A DNA stretch of 63,600 nt, filler included, from Reclinomonas americana ATCC 50394 (Eukaryota): NCBI GenBank assembly GCA_048213135.1. It is 3 parts of 3 records of this genome, joined end to end, with 100 filler letters (N's around TTAATTAATTAA, not from the genome) between each part and the next. Parts side by side here need not be neighbours in the genome. Positions count along the whole stretch, not along the records: positions 1 to 29,426 come from PS015381.1; positions 29,527 to 60,513 come from PS015382.1; 1 more part is not named here. One strand, written 5' to 3'. The notes beneath the pieces were generated by a model that worked only from the letters and a program-made list of their open reading frames with translations, ran no database searches and was not told where the DNA came from. The position numbers and the translations under genes are program-made. Below are positions 22,406 to 36,200 of the stretch, piece after piece (the stretch's first letter is position 1; every line of letters begins with the position of its first letter).

Positions 22406-25069
22406 ATGCTTTCGACCGCGCTCCTCACCCTCCTCGGCCTCGTGCTCCTTCTCATCGTCTGGAAGGTGCGCTGTGTGTGTGTGACTGACCACCATGCATC
22501 CCACCCACCCACCCACACTCATCACACACACACACACACACAGTTGATTCCAGTGTTTCTCACAAGTTGGCGTCTTCGCCACTTGCCCTCCCCTCCCGGT
22601 CACTGGCTCAAGGGCCACTCGTCCCTCCTCCGACTCCGTTGCGCACCCTCCATCCTCCACACACACGCACACACTCTCTCACGCACACACATGCAGAACG
22701 CCATGAGAACTTCCGCGATCTGCAACGCAATGGCTTCCCCGACCTCGCTCTCCTCCGCATTGTCACCGTCCACGCGGTCGCTCTCTTCTCCCCACAAGCT
22801 GTGCATGAGGTTCTCAAGGACTACACCAAGTACCACAAGAGCAAGGCATTCTGGTGCGTTTTGTGCAATCAATTGTCATTCATGCATGCACTGACTGATC
22901 ACTCTTTCCCGCAACCAAAGGGTTCTGCTGCGCCAGTTTGCCCCCAAGGCCCTCCTGCTCAACGAGGACAGCGAGTGGCTGCACACACGGTGCGTGCATG
23001 CAGTCGGATCTCGGAGATGAGCGCTGTCTGATGATCATGACACGTGTGTTGTCATACAGGAAACTGTTGAACCCCGCCTTCTCCGATGTCAAGGTCTCCC
23101 TCCCCGCCCCTCTGTCGACCAGTTCCTTGTCGACTCGCCTCTCATTCACCTCTCTCCCATGCAGCTGGGCGACCTGTTCTCGCACATCAAGGCCTGCGTC
23201 GACGAGCTCGTTGGCCAAATCCGTCGCCGACCGTCGGAGATCATTGTCGCAGAAGACAGTGCGTCCCCGCCACTCTCTGCCCCTGTGTCTTGTGTCTGCT
23301 TCGTGCCCATGATATTCCTGTGTCGACAGAGATGGCCGACTTTACGTACGAGGTCATCATGCGCTCCACGTTCTCCGAAGAGTCGCCCATTGGTGAGTTT
23401 TCTGTTCAACAATTTGTGACAAGTCGCTCGTTCTCACTCCTCCCGTCCACAGGCGGCAACCCCATCAAGGGCGCTCTCGACAGTGTGTTGCGTTTGCCGT
23501 TGAGCGTCATCCATGTGCTCGTTTGCCGATGGCTCATTACTTCTGTGCAGGATCAAGGAGTTGAGGCTTCGTTGTTGTGCCTTGATGTTGCGGTCCAGTT
23601 GGTTGATGCTCATCTCACCGCACAGGTTCGAGTACCGCTTCCAGTCCCTGATTCCGTTCTGGCGGCTCATTGAGACTGAGCGCGACAGGTGCGAACGCGC
23701 CATTCACGCTCTTCTCATCTCTCTTTTTGTCGCTCTCTCTCCTCTTGTCTGTTCCTCGCATTCTCTGCATCTACTCTTCTCATCGCTCTCTCTTTCTTTC
23801 TGTCTTTCTCTCTCTTCACTCCTTCCCTTTCCCTCTCCGTCTCTCTCTCCCTTCTCCCTCTTCACTCCTCCCCTTCCCTCTCCATCTCACTCTTCTCCCT
23901 TCCCTCTCAGGGAATACAAGCGACAAACCAAGATGGCCGCCGAGTACTTTGACGAGCGCATCACTCGCCGCCTGAAGGAGGACGCCAACCACCGCGCCGG
24001 GCGCACCACCGATCTGCTGGATTTCATTCTGGCCACGCACGACGAACTGCAGGAGGGAGTGTCACTGGACTGGGTATGTCGTCACTACGCTGCGATGCCT
24101 GCATGCCTGCCGCACACGTCTCACTCCACAGCACAGATCCGCGACCAAGTGTTCATCTTTGTGCTGGCCGGCCAGGATACCACGGCGGCGGCGCTGTCGT
24201 GGGCCCTCTACAATCTCGCCTCTCGGCCCGCCATCATGGCCAAGGTGCGTTCCGTGTTGGTGATGGATGCTTGCCCGTCACGCCTCCTTACACTTTCGGT
24301 TGACATGCTGCAGGTGCGAGCGGAGGTGGACGCCGTGTATGGCTCGCGGGATGCGCTCGCCTACGAGGATCTCAGCAAGATGAAGTACCTCGACGCGTTC
24401 ATTCACGAGAGTTGAGTCTGCCGTCCTTCATACCTTGCAAGAGACGCTGACGCACGCATGCACAACAGACATGCGACGCTACCCACCGGCGCACGCTTTC
24501 AATCGCCAAACCACGGTCGACTCGGAGCTGTGTGGCTACAAGATTCCGGCCAACACCACACTCCTGATCGCCGCCTACACCATTCTCAATCTCGAAGAGT
24601 ACTGGGGACCCGATGTGCTTGAATTCCGCCCCGAGTTGCGCACGCAGCGCAGCGCACAATACTATTGCCGTGGCCTTGGACTGAAAAAATCTTGTATGCA
24701 GACGGTGGCTGGACGAGTCGGGCTCGATGAAGTACCTGCCGCTGATGTACAGTCTCATTTTCTCGCATGGCCCGCGTGTGTGCATTGGTTCGTCGTCCAC
24801 CTGCAACGGATTGTGAACAGCCGCAGCTCATGTGTGTGATTCGGTGTGCAGGTGCGCGCTTCTCCCTGGCCGAGCAGCGGCTCTTCCTCGCCACGTACGT
24901 CGCTCTGTCGTCGCCATTGTCGCCACACTCGCCTGAAAAACGCTCCCGCAGACTCGTGCACGAATTCGACATTATCGACGAGAACAAGACACCGCCCGTG
25001 GCCACTCCAAAATTCACACTCCGCAGCCAAGACGGCATCCGCGTCTCGTTCCGCCCGCGTCGCCGTTGA
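22406..25069 (+). CDS. Cytochrome P450 (CYP3/CYP4 clan-like), multi-exon
   Basis: N-terminal anchor plus LPSPPGHWLKG; RKLLNPAF; I-helix FVLAGQDTT; K-helix HE|NMR; PE|RW; heme motif FSHGPRVCIG. Confidence 0.92.
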
Positions 25070-25116
25070 CAGCAACACAATGCAAATATCGTCCTTATTT
25101 CCATTCATAAAAATGA

Positions 25117-26560
25117 TTACAGCAATGTACACGGTCGTTTCTTGTGGCCTGTGGTCTCCGGGGGCGCCTCGGTCTTTCGAATCATGCTGTGAAGCGGGAG
25201 GTCAGCATTAAAGGAATACCAATCCCATGTTGTTCGTCACTCACCGCACAATCTCCGCAAACACCTCCTCCACGTTCTGGCCGGTGAGGGCACTCGTCTC
25301 AAAGTACGGAGCGTTGATCTTGGCGGCGTATTCGCGACCCTGCACTCTCACAACGGATGGTGAGCTGCCGACAGACGCACAAACATGGCGCGATTTCGTC
25401 ACACCTTTTCCTCTGAAATGAGTCGCTCGCCGAGATCCTATCAAACGACAGTGAGAACACACAAACACGCAGCAAGTGGATTGATCTGAAGACACGTACG
25501 CAACGACTTTGTTGGCCACCAACACGACGCGCGGCTGCGGTTCATCGAGCGCGTTGACCAGCATTTCGTGGAACCTCTCCAACTCGGCGAATCCGTACTG
25601 CAATCACCACCCATCAGCAACGAGGAGGAAACGAGAGCGAGAAACACGGCAGACAAACCTGATCATTCACCGCGTACACGAATATGTAGCCTGGTCGAAG
25701 CCATGTGAGAACATTACACAACTTGAATGCGAAGGCAGAAGCCTATTCCTCTAACCTTGTCGGTTCTTGACCCAGTGCGGGAACTGCAGCATACGAGGTG
25801 AGCGCGATGTGCACAAAAGTGCCACGCAGCGGCATGAACTCACCAGACTGATAAACGCATCCTGGCCTGCCGTGTCGAGAATATCAAGCCTGCACACGCG
25901 ATTATCGATCGACACTTGCTTGTGGTGCACGTCCTCGACTGCACAGTGGAAGAAACACACAAACAAGTGAGCCGCGCCACACGCGCCACACACCGACTCC
26001 GGCAATCATAATCAGCAAACGCACACGAACCCGTCGGATCGTACTGCGCAGCGACCACCGTGAGCACCAGCGCACAAACTAAAAAACGGACGCTCACGAC
26101 ACACATACCTCCTCAACAAACAACTTGCGCACATATCGCAACGTCAACGCCGACTTGCCGACACCACCACTGCCCCATGCAAAACCCCGTCAGAGAACAC
26201 ATCATGCACCACCACACAATGCGCATCACCGCACCTGCCCAACACCTGCACAACAGACACACAGAGTCAGTCGATGACAAACAGAAAGCAGCTGTGATCG
26301 CCAGACACAACACACACCGTCAGCCTGTACTCCCGGACTGCTCTCGGAACATCATAATCGTCAGCCACTTATAACACACCAGAAGCACGCACAAGCACAT
26401 GCACGCAACATCCAGCACCACCCTTGCTTCCACTCGCCCCCGCACCACCGCCACCACCACCACTGCCACTCGCCGCACTCGCACCCGACGCACTCGCCTC
26501 CCCACCACCACCACCACCGCCACTGCCACCGCCACCGCGCATAAACTCCTCACCTGTCAT
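25117..26560 (-). CDS. Ras-family small GTPase (Ras/Rap-like) with a Gly-rich N-terminal extension
   Basis: Spliced FREYRLT|VLGS|GGVGKSALTLRYVRKLFVEE|YDPTV|ED...LDILDTAGQD...VANKV|DL...YFETSA...CTLL* (CAAX). Start at 26560 or 26542. Confidence 0.9.
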
Positions 26561-26575
26561 CACATAAGCCACACA

Positions 26576-26620
<45 letters not shown>

Positions 26621-27243
26621 AACACACACACACGCTCTCTCTCTCTCTCACACACACACANNNNNNNNNNNNNNNNNNNNNNNNNNNNNNNNNNNNNNNN
26701 NNNNNNNNNNNNNNNNNNNNNNNNNNNNNNNNNNNNNNNNNNNNNNNNNNNNNNNNNNNNNNNNNNNNNNNNNNNNNNNNNNNNNNNNNNNNNNNNNNNN
26801 NNNNNNNNNNNNNNNNNNNNNNNNNNNNNNNNNNNNNNNNNNNNNNNNNNNNNNNNNNNNNNNNNNNNNNNNNNNNNNNNNNNNNNNNNNNNNNNNNNNN
26901 NNNNNNNNNNNNNNNNNNNNNNNNNNNNNNNNNNNNNNNNNNNNNNNNNNNNNNNNNNNNNNNNNNNNNNNNNNNNNNNNNNNNNNNNNNNNNNNNNNNN
27001 NNNNNNNNNNNNNNNNNNNNNNNNNNNNNNNNNNNNNNNNNNNNNNNNNNNNNNNNNNNNNNNNNNNNNACACACACTCTCTATCTTTCTCTCTTCTTCT
27101 TTGAGAGAGACACAGACCTTGTTGGGAAAGATCACCACGCGCTTCCGCTTCGGCTCGCTCATTGCGGACAAAAAAATGCAAATAGGTTTTATTTATAGCT
27201 GCTGTACGGGCCCTCTCTTGTTGCAACGTCGAATGCCCCTTGC

Positions 27244-30200
27244 TTACTTTCGGGGCTTGCGGCACACGGAGCACCCTGCAGTGAACGTGCATCATTGAGT
27301 TTTGTTTCGTTCATCGTGCACACAAGTGTGGCATGACAGACGCAACCGAGGCAGTATTCTTGGCCATTCGGGGCATGCTGTGGATGGCTGTGTGGTGAGC
27401 ACTCGACAATGACCACAACGACGATTACCGCAACACACGACAAACCGCCACGCCCAGCGGGCACTCCTCCACGCCAGGGCACTGTGGGAGTCAATACCAT
27501 GAGTCGGCGGACGGGATCACAACTTGCGAGGAGTGGTGGCGGACGCAACATCGTAGACCTTGTCGTCGAGAATGTTGTGGCAACGCTCACAGAAATCTAC
27601 ATGACACCACGAAAGTGAGTCACGCATGTTGTACAGAGGAGGCATGCAGACGGACGCAACGGCTGTTGACAGAATGTGAAAGGGTGAGAGGAAACAGCGC
27701 GAGAGGGTCAGCAGACAATTCACAGGGAATGCAGATGGTACAAGAGAGAGCACGCACGTCTGTGCAAATGAAAAACAAGGTGAGCAACTGTCAGCACACT
27801 CATCCCCCCAAACAAATGCACTCAACTGTCTGCAGCATGACGGAGGCAGTGGCAACAATGACAGAAGAGCGCAACAACATGAGAGATTACCACTCAAAGC
27901 ACAATGCACACAACAAGCAGCAAGAGAGCGCACCCCGAAGCAGAACCACACTGCGAGGGGAACAACTATCACGTTAGTATACCCTTCTTACGTAGAAGCA
28001 GAGGAGACAAGACAAACCGGCAACGCTGCAGCAGAATCTGTTCGAAAACACACAGTCAGTCACAATGTACTGCCACGAGAATGCAACTGTAACGCAACTT
28101 GCACTGTGGGGATGGCGAAAAAAGGAAAAAGAAGGCACACGTAAAGGTGAATACAGCAGAATAGAGAGACACAACATGCTGACATGGCAGGCGGACCTTG
28201 AATTGCACTGCACGTACATCCTCTCCGTCAGTAAACTACCACACACGACGATAATGCCAGCACACAATCGTACACACGCACGCACCGAAATCCTTTCCGT
28301 GGATCTTGCAGTTGCCAGCGTCGCCTGCGACGCAGCTGCTGCACACCAGTTCACTCTCGTCAAAGCTCGCCGCTCCCGCAGCGCCGCACACACGCTCGCC
28401 ACCAAAGTACGGCTCGCGGCACTTGTGGCACTTGTAAAAGTTGTAGCTGCCGCAAGCGGGTGAGTGGCGCCACGCAGGAAGAAGAAGAAGAGGAGTAAAA
28501 TGAACAGTGCACACCGATGGAGCGCGAAACCGAGCGGATCGTTAAAGTATTGTGACATGGGGTTGCCGAGCTCCTCACAATCCTCCAGTCCATCAGCCGC
28601 CAGCTGCTGCAGTGCCTTGTTCTGCGGAGGCGAGAGCGAATGCACTGAGTCTCTCCGTCCATGAATACACACACATACACAAGACACTGGATTGCGCACC
28701 TTGACATTCTCAAACAGCGCTCGCACCGGCGCCAACTCCTCGGTGAGCATCGAGTGATCCAGGTCAGCCTTGCACAGAGAGCACTTGGAGAACGAGAAAC
28801 TGATCGCCGGACCTACAAACCCGTGACCTCTCTTGTCAGAACAGCTGACAAACAACTCCATCCGCAAAGTGCAAAGTCATCACCGTTCCACTTGGAGGCC
28901 ACCTGCATGGAAACGCAGTCCTTGTGGAACACATGTCCGCAAGTCAGCCGAATGCTTGGCGCACACCGCAGCGGCTCGGCGTAGCAGATGCTGCAGTAGT
29001 CGTCTTGATCCTGCGGGGGGAAATAGCAGCGGATCAGTCTCTCTCACACATGCACTGTACTTGTTATTTTCCCCCACTTCATAACCTGCCATTCTGTCAT
29101 TTTCTCACTCATGGATTCCCAAACACTCTCAGACACTTCGTACTCCCAAACAGTACTGTGTACGCAAATGTGCATTCTTTCTCTCTGCTGACAGCAACAC
29201 TCTCATACACCTCACACTCCCTAACTTGTGCACGCAAGCGCCTTTCTCGTACTCTTCTGCCTCTCAATCTCTTGTGCGCATACGTGCATGAACATGCGTC
29301 ATTCCTTTCTTTCTCCGTCACACAAAGTCTCTCTCTCTCTCTCTCTCTGCATTTGAATGTCATTGTCTTCACTATCTAAATTACTGGCTGCAACCGTCTC
29401 TCTCAATTCTCTCTCGCTCTCTCTGCNNNNNNNNNNNNNNNNNNNNNNNNNNNNNNNNNNNNNNNNNNNNTTAATTAATTAANNNNNNNNNNNNNNNNNN
29501 NNNNNNNNNNNNNNNNNNNNNNNNNNGTGACAATCACAGAGAGAGAAAGAGAGGAAAAGGAGAATGAACTAATGCACTCATAAACACAGATATAGACATG
29601 ACACACAAACACCCTCCCACTTTCCCTTTTCCTCCCCCTTCCCCCTCCTCCCCCTCACGCAACAGCACCCGCATCCGGCGCACATCCGTACAAGCACGGC
29701 AAATGCTCGGCTTCACCAAAGCACCCGTGGCAATGGTGACCACACGGAAGTGTGACGTGGCACGTGGTGGCCACACGCTCGCGGCAATACTCCGACTCAC
29801 ACACGCTGGCCATGGAGGGCGCTGGCGCTTCGGCAAAGGTGTAGCCGGCCGGCAACTCCGCATCGCAGAAACGGCACGTGCGTGTGCCAGTCTCCACCAC
29901 GTCGCGGATCTCGAGCACTGCCTTGAACGACGCAGCATCGAGCATGCACAGGACCTCGGCGTGCGCCGTTGGCAAGTAGCGGAGGCGAATGCCACCGACA
30001 CGGTACTCGANNNNNNNNNNNNNNNNNNNNNNNNNNNNNNNNNNNNNNNNNNNNNNNNNNNNNNNNNNNNNNNNNNNNNNNNNNNNNNNNNNNNNNNNNN
30101 NNNNNNNNNNNNNNNNNNNNNNNNNNNNNNNNNNNNNNNNNNNNNNNNNNNNNNNNNNNNNNNNNNNNNNNNNNNNNNNNNNNNNNNNNNNNNNNNNNNN

Positions 30201-33200
30201 NNNNNNNNNNNNNNNNNNNNNNNNNNNNNNNNNNGGGTGGCAGGGCCTGCGGCGCTGGCCGAACCCGCGGCGCTGGCCGCTTGCAGACGCCGAGTGAGGC
30301 GCTCGCGGAGCGACGATGGCAACCCTGCAGGCCGAGTGAGAGTCCAGCAGTAATGCAGCAAGTTTTCCATTTTCCCTTCTAGAACGCAACCAGGCAACAT
30401 GAGTCCACTGAGACCGGCCCACAATGCCGGGGACGACTCGGGCGAGGCTTCGACCGGCGAAGCGTCGCACAAGACGGGAACTGCCGACAACGCGGCCATC
30501 ATAAAGTCGACAAAGGCGTCGGCCCAAATCTCCGAACGACCGAGAATGTCGACAAGCAGGCGGGCAATCTGCAGATGGGGGGGGAAAATGAGCAGCTGTT
30601 CTCTCTTCTCCCCTCCCTCTCTTGTTGCTCACCTCCTGCACAATGTCACGCGGAATAGAGGCTGTCATGCACAGCGAGGCTGCGCTACGCAGCATCGTGC
30701 ATCTGTGATATCACGATGAGCGTCGAGGGACATGACAAGCACAATAAAAAACAACAAGGCGACGGACCGTGAGCCCGACGACAGCGGTCGCTGGTCACGA
30801 ATTTCGCACACGACTGCTCGCGCCATGGACAGCAGGAAGAACTCCATCACGGTGGAGGCGTCGACTGTGACCATCGAAGAGGTGATTCACATGACGACGG
30901 GGCAGCAGCATCAGCAGCACTTTCGACACAAACTCACCAGCGTCACGCGCCGACGGAGGGTACAGCGAGCGCAGCGCCTTCACCACGTCGTGGGGCGAGC
31001 TCCACAGCATCGCTCGCCGCAGCACATTCAGCGTGCTGCGCTGCACACGCGCGGTGTTGCTGCCGACCAGCGTCTCCAGCAGCGTCTGAATGCTCAAGGC
31101 CTGCGGCAGCAGCTTCTTGCCAGCGGCAGTGGCGCTCAACAGCTGCAGCACGCTGACGAGCTGGAACAGTGACGAGTCATCGCTCTCCAGCAGCGGTTGC
31201 AATTGCAGTGCACTGTACACACACACAGATGGGAGCAGGCGGGTGTCAACCATCACAATAATGACACAAGTGTAGCAGCCAGCGACGTGAAGCGGGAAAT
31301 CGCAACTGCAAATCGTCGGCAACGTTCGACAGTGCATCACTCTCGTCGTTCAACACAATGCCCTTGGTGGCCATGGCCGCACGACGCGCTTCCTGCATCC
31401 ATTGTGAGCACACATGTTATCCCACTGCCTGTCCCGCAAGCGACGAACCTGCGCCTTGATACGCATGCGCACGAAATTCTCTTGCTCCAGCAGCGAGTAC
31501 GCCGCACTGTCCTTGTACTGCGAAGCGCGCATCTGTTCGTACGAGACGTGGATCGGGAAGCCCGACTCGTCACCAAGCTGAACGGCCCACTCAAAGTACT
31601 GCTCGTTCACAGAGTCCTCCATGAGTCCCTCGCGGATGCACAGCTGGAAGCCCTGGTCCAGCGCCGACAACACAGTCGGGTACACGTCCTCCAGTGAGAC
31701 GGCCGACGCATCTACACGATTGACACATGTTTGGTAAGTCGACAAACTTAGGGAGTCGTACGCATAAACACAAGAGAGAGAGAGAGAGAGCAACACAATC
31801 ACAGAAAGAAAACACTCACTAACATGCACAGAGAGAGGAAAGAGAAGTGAAAAGAGGGCAAGAGAGAAACACAGAGAGAAAGAGAGCGCGCAATGCATTT
31901 ACAGAAAGAGACAGAAAGGCACACACACAGAAAGAGAAGAGAACAGAAGCAGAGAGAGAGCAAGACATTCGCAAACAGAGACTGCAAGATACAAACACAC
32001 ACGCATACTATCTTTCCCTCTCTTCCTTTCTCTCTCCTTTACACGCACGCTGTCCCCCTCTCTCGCACACACACACACATCTATCTCTAATCTAAACGCA
32101 CACTATCCCCCCTCTCTCACACACACGCACATACACCATCTCTCTCATTCTCACTCTCTCCCTCTCCATCTCTCCGTTTCCCTCTCTCCCTTCTCCCTCT
32201 CCCCCTCTCCCTCTATTTCCTTTTCTCTCTCCCTCTGTCCCTCTCCCTCTCTCCTTCCCCTCCCTCTCCCTTTCCCTCCTTCTCCCTCTCCCTCTCCCTC
32301 TTCCATCTCACCAGCCTGGCCATGTTCTGCGGCGTACTTCTGCTTGGCGTAGTGAATAACTTGCGGGATGGTAAAGGCCGACATAGGATTCACGTTGTGA
32401 TCGAGCGCGCCAAACTTGCGCAGCACACTGCAGTAGCAAAAGAAAAAAAGACAAAGCCATGTTAGAATGTGACAGCACGACTCGTTTTCCACGCGATCAG
32501 TCAGCATCGCAACTAGTGAATCATGTACGGCGGGAAACCGCGAGTCACAATACGAGCCACGGCATCACCAATGTCGGCGGCCAGAACCTGGGGCGGCAAG
32601 GTTAGTTCTTCNNNNNNNNNNNNNNNNNNNNNNNNNNNNNNNNNNNNNNNNNNNNNNNNNNNNNNNNNNNNNNNNNNNNNNNNNNNNNNNNNNNNNNNNN
32701 NNNNNNNNNNNNNNNNNNNNNNNNNNNNNNNNNNNNNNNNNNNNNNNNNNNNNNNNNNNNNNNNNNNNNNNNNNNNNNNNNNNNNNNNNNNNNNNNNNNN
32801 NNNNNNNNNNNNNNNNNNNNNNNNNNNNNNNNNNNNNNNNNNNNNNNNNNNNNNNNNNNNNNNNNNNNNNNNNNNNNNNNNNNNNNNNNNNNNNNNNNNN
32901 NNNNNNNNNNNNNTTTTCCGCCCGTACTCACGCCTGGAGGAGAAGCACGCACCAACTCGGACGGCGTGAACGCCTCGAGCTGCGGTGCCGATTGGAGACT
33001 CTCGACACAGCTCGGCGGCAACGGCGCCTTCTCCGACGTCACCTCGGCATTGGCTGGAACGACAACCTCGCTGCCCGACGCCTCATCGGACGCAGGCACC
33101 ACCAGTGCCACATCGCCACTGCCACTCGCCTCGCCACTCGCCTCACCGCCCTCCACAAACAGGCCAGCACCATCATCTCCAAGCGCCATGCGCTCCATCA

Positions 33201-36200
33201 CATCAAAGTCCAGTGGCTCGTCGCTGACAATGTCCACCTTCGGAGCAAGCAGAACTGCTGCCGCTGCCACCACCTTTGCGTCCACAGCCGCCCCAACAAG
33301 TGCGACACGAAGAGCCGACTCGGTGTCCACTTCGTAGTCGCGCAACAATTGGGAAGCCGACTGTACAACAGCGGCGATGCTGTGCGTGGCAGTGCGACAG
33401 GCATGTCAGCACGAACCGGGAACACAGACACAGACGCACCCAGATGAATGCACACAAGACCTTGGCTCGTGCAGCAACATGCGGTCAACCAGTTGAAGCA
33501 AGAACGGAACAGGCAACTTGGCGTCCGCTGCAGGAAAACAATGAGACCATCATCACCTCCCNNNNNNNNNNNNNNNNNNNNTCCAAAAAAAAAAGCGACC
33601 GACAAGCACGCACCATGCTTGCGAGCCAGTTCCAGACGAGCACGTGCCTGTCGCATGGGGCGTGAGGGAGCAATACCAGCACAAAGAGGCAAGACATTTC
33701 TCACGACTCACCCGCTTCTCGTTGCCATTGTAGCGCTGCAGCGCAAAGCGCACATCGGCTGCTGAACAGAACTCAAAGTCCTGATGCATGGCCTCCACTC
33801 GCTTGCCGAGCTGTGCCTCCGCGCTCTGCGACACAACTGGCGTTACACGGCGCTGGTCGTCGTGCTTCACACAAAGAGCGCACAGCCTCTCACCAAGTTG
33901 ATGCTGGTTTCCACCTTGCCCGACACTTCGTCGACAACCACCACACCGTGTACCTTGTCGCGCAACTGCTTGAGGACGAGTTCGAACACCAGCCGCTGCG
34001 TCGCACGTGCGCGACGTGCGCGCGTAGAGCTGCGCTCCGCAAACTGATCACGCTCTGCGCCGCCCCAATCTTTTTTCTTAGCCACGTTTCGATCTCCCAT
34101 GCGTGGCATGTAGGCGATACGCACCGTGCGCCGGACTCGCGTGATGATCGGCCTTGTCCAGGAATTCGTCCTCGCTGGGCATCGCAGCGAGAAGCACCTC
34201 CAGATCGTGCAGTGACACAGAGCCACCCGACTGCTTCAGCAGGCGGCTGACCAAGAAGGTGAACACGTCAAAGGCACCAGCGCGGATTTCTCTGCGTGAC
34301 GCACGGTGAGCAGAAAACACACACAGTGGCAATATATCTCTTGCCCTCCCGCACACAAAACTGGCGCTCGCGATCGCTGATAGGACGAAGTTGTACCGTG
34401 GTACGCTTCATGCGCAGAACGGCCACCTGGCGCACGGCCACACTGTTACTGTAGTAACGGGAACTACCATGGACGATGTACTCCACGGGGGCCTCGGTGA
34501 CCTCCCGATCTGCAGGATACGCTGGCAGCGGAACGCGCAGCCAGCCGTCGGCCGTGTGCCCGCAGATCAACTGGCGCGTGCTCTCTGCATGCTTGCAGTA
34601 CGAGTTGTGCAGGTTCTGTGCACGCACGTGAGTGAGTCGATAAGCAACAGAGCCATTCACCGCGCAAGCACGCAACATACGGCTCATCGGCAGCAGCCGA
34701 AAACAGCATGGCAATCTCCACCGCATCCTTCTGGATGACCGGCTTCAGCTGGAACGTGATGCCCGTGCTTATGTTTTGTACAAGCGTGCTAGTGGACGGC
34801 TGCGACACAATCGGGTGTGAAATACGGGACAGAAAATGAGAAGAGACAGTGACATCAGCAAGCACGCAACATCCTTGTCGAACAAGAACTCGGCATTCTC
34901 GATCGCCGCCCCGGCACTATTCACCTCGTACTCTTCACCGTGCTTCGCAAAGAATGTCGAGCCGAGGATGGCCTCGGCAGTGACGGCCTGCGGACCTTCC
35001 GGCGACAACGGCAGGCTCATGAGCACGTGGAGTGCGGGGAGCACACCGGAGCGATTGAAAATGTCGTAGTCGCGTGCACGCAGTGGCATGCGCAGCAGCG
35101 ACAGGGCCAGCATGCTCAGCGAATGCGACAGGGCTTGGGTGGACTGGAGCGCGTCCGCCGTCGCCGTCAACACTCGTCCAAACTGCGTCTCGCAAGTCTC
35201 CGCAACATCCACACAGCAGCTGCTCAGATCAGACAAGAAGTGCTTGCACAGCGACTCCTCTGCACACAAAAGAGTCAGTGAATCCACGCATACATCGGCG
35301 AAATTCGCTCCCCAACATGCACGCACCAGCATTTGCGGCGGTAAACTTGGCCGACAACGCACTCGACAACTGGAACAGGGCGTCGTGGAACACCTCCGCA
35401 TCGTGCGATGCGTCCGTGAGTACGGCAGCAAAAATGGAGAGAGCCTGCGCACGGCTGGCTCCGCGCTCCAGGCGGCGCAGCAGACCCGGCAACATGCGCT
35501 GAACCATCAACGGCACACACGCAACCAGGCAGTCGCGAACGTCTTCCAGCGTGGCCTTCGCACCCTTGGACACAGCATGGTTGATGATCTTGGCAAACGG
35601 GTGCAGCTCAGCGCGGAGAGCCTCATCTCGCGCCTGCCGCGCCTCCTCTTCCTCCCGCGCGGCGGCAGCAGCACGCTGTTCAGCATCCTCTCGGCCACCA
35701 GCAGCAGCACCACCACGGCCACGGCCACGACCACCAGCACCACGCGCTGCAGCACGCTGCCGGCGACCCTCCCGTGCACGCGGACCACGAGCGCGCGGTG
35801 CAGCCTCCGGCAGCTCCAGATCGTTCAGATCGCCGAACGGAGCCCACGCAAGCTCGGCGTCGAGGGCCTCCATNNNNNNNNNNNNNNNNNNNNCTCCTCC
35901 ACCTCGACCAGACCCGGCAGCTCTCCGAGCAGCTCCGCCGCCGACAACTCTTCCGCCTCATCACTCGGCGCGGCCTCGTCAACGTCGGATTCCGCCTCTG
36001 CTGCCACCTCCTTGGGCTGCGGGAAAAGGTCGTCGCGCTCATCACCAAACAGACCACGTCTCCAGAAATCGACACCGTAAATCGGCGTCGACAGGTACAC
36101 CAGCAGCGCACTCATGAACTTGTGCACGTCGCGAGCGAGTTCCGCAATCGCCACCGGATTCAGACCCGGGCGTGCACGGCCGTCTATTCACGCAAAGCAA

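Noticed and set aside
26137..26142. GTTGCG in the Ras gene as another shifted donor
   Set aside because: It is coding: the frame reads ALTLRYVRKLFVEE straight to a GTATGT donor. Excluded from the count.
29427..29526. TTAATTAATTAA as a piggyBac target site or regulatory motif
   Set aside because: Centred in symmetric N padding and repeated identically at 60558, so it is an assembly linker.
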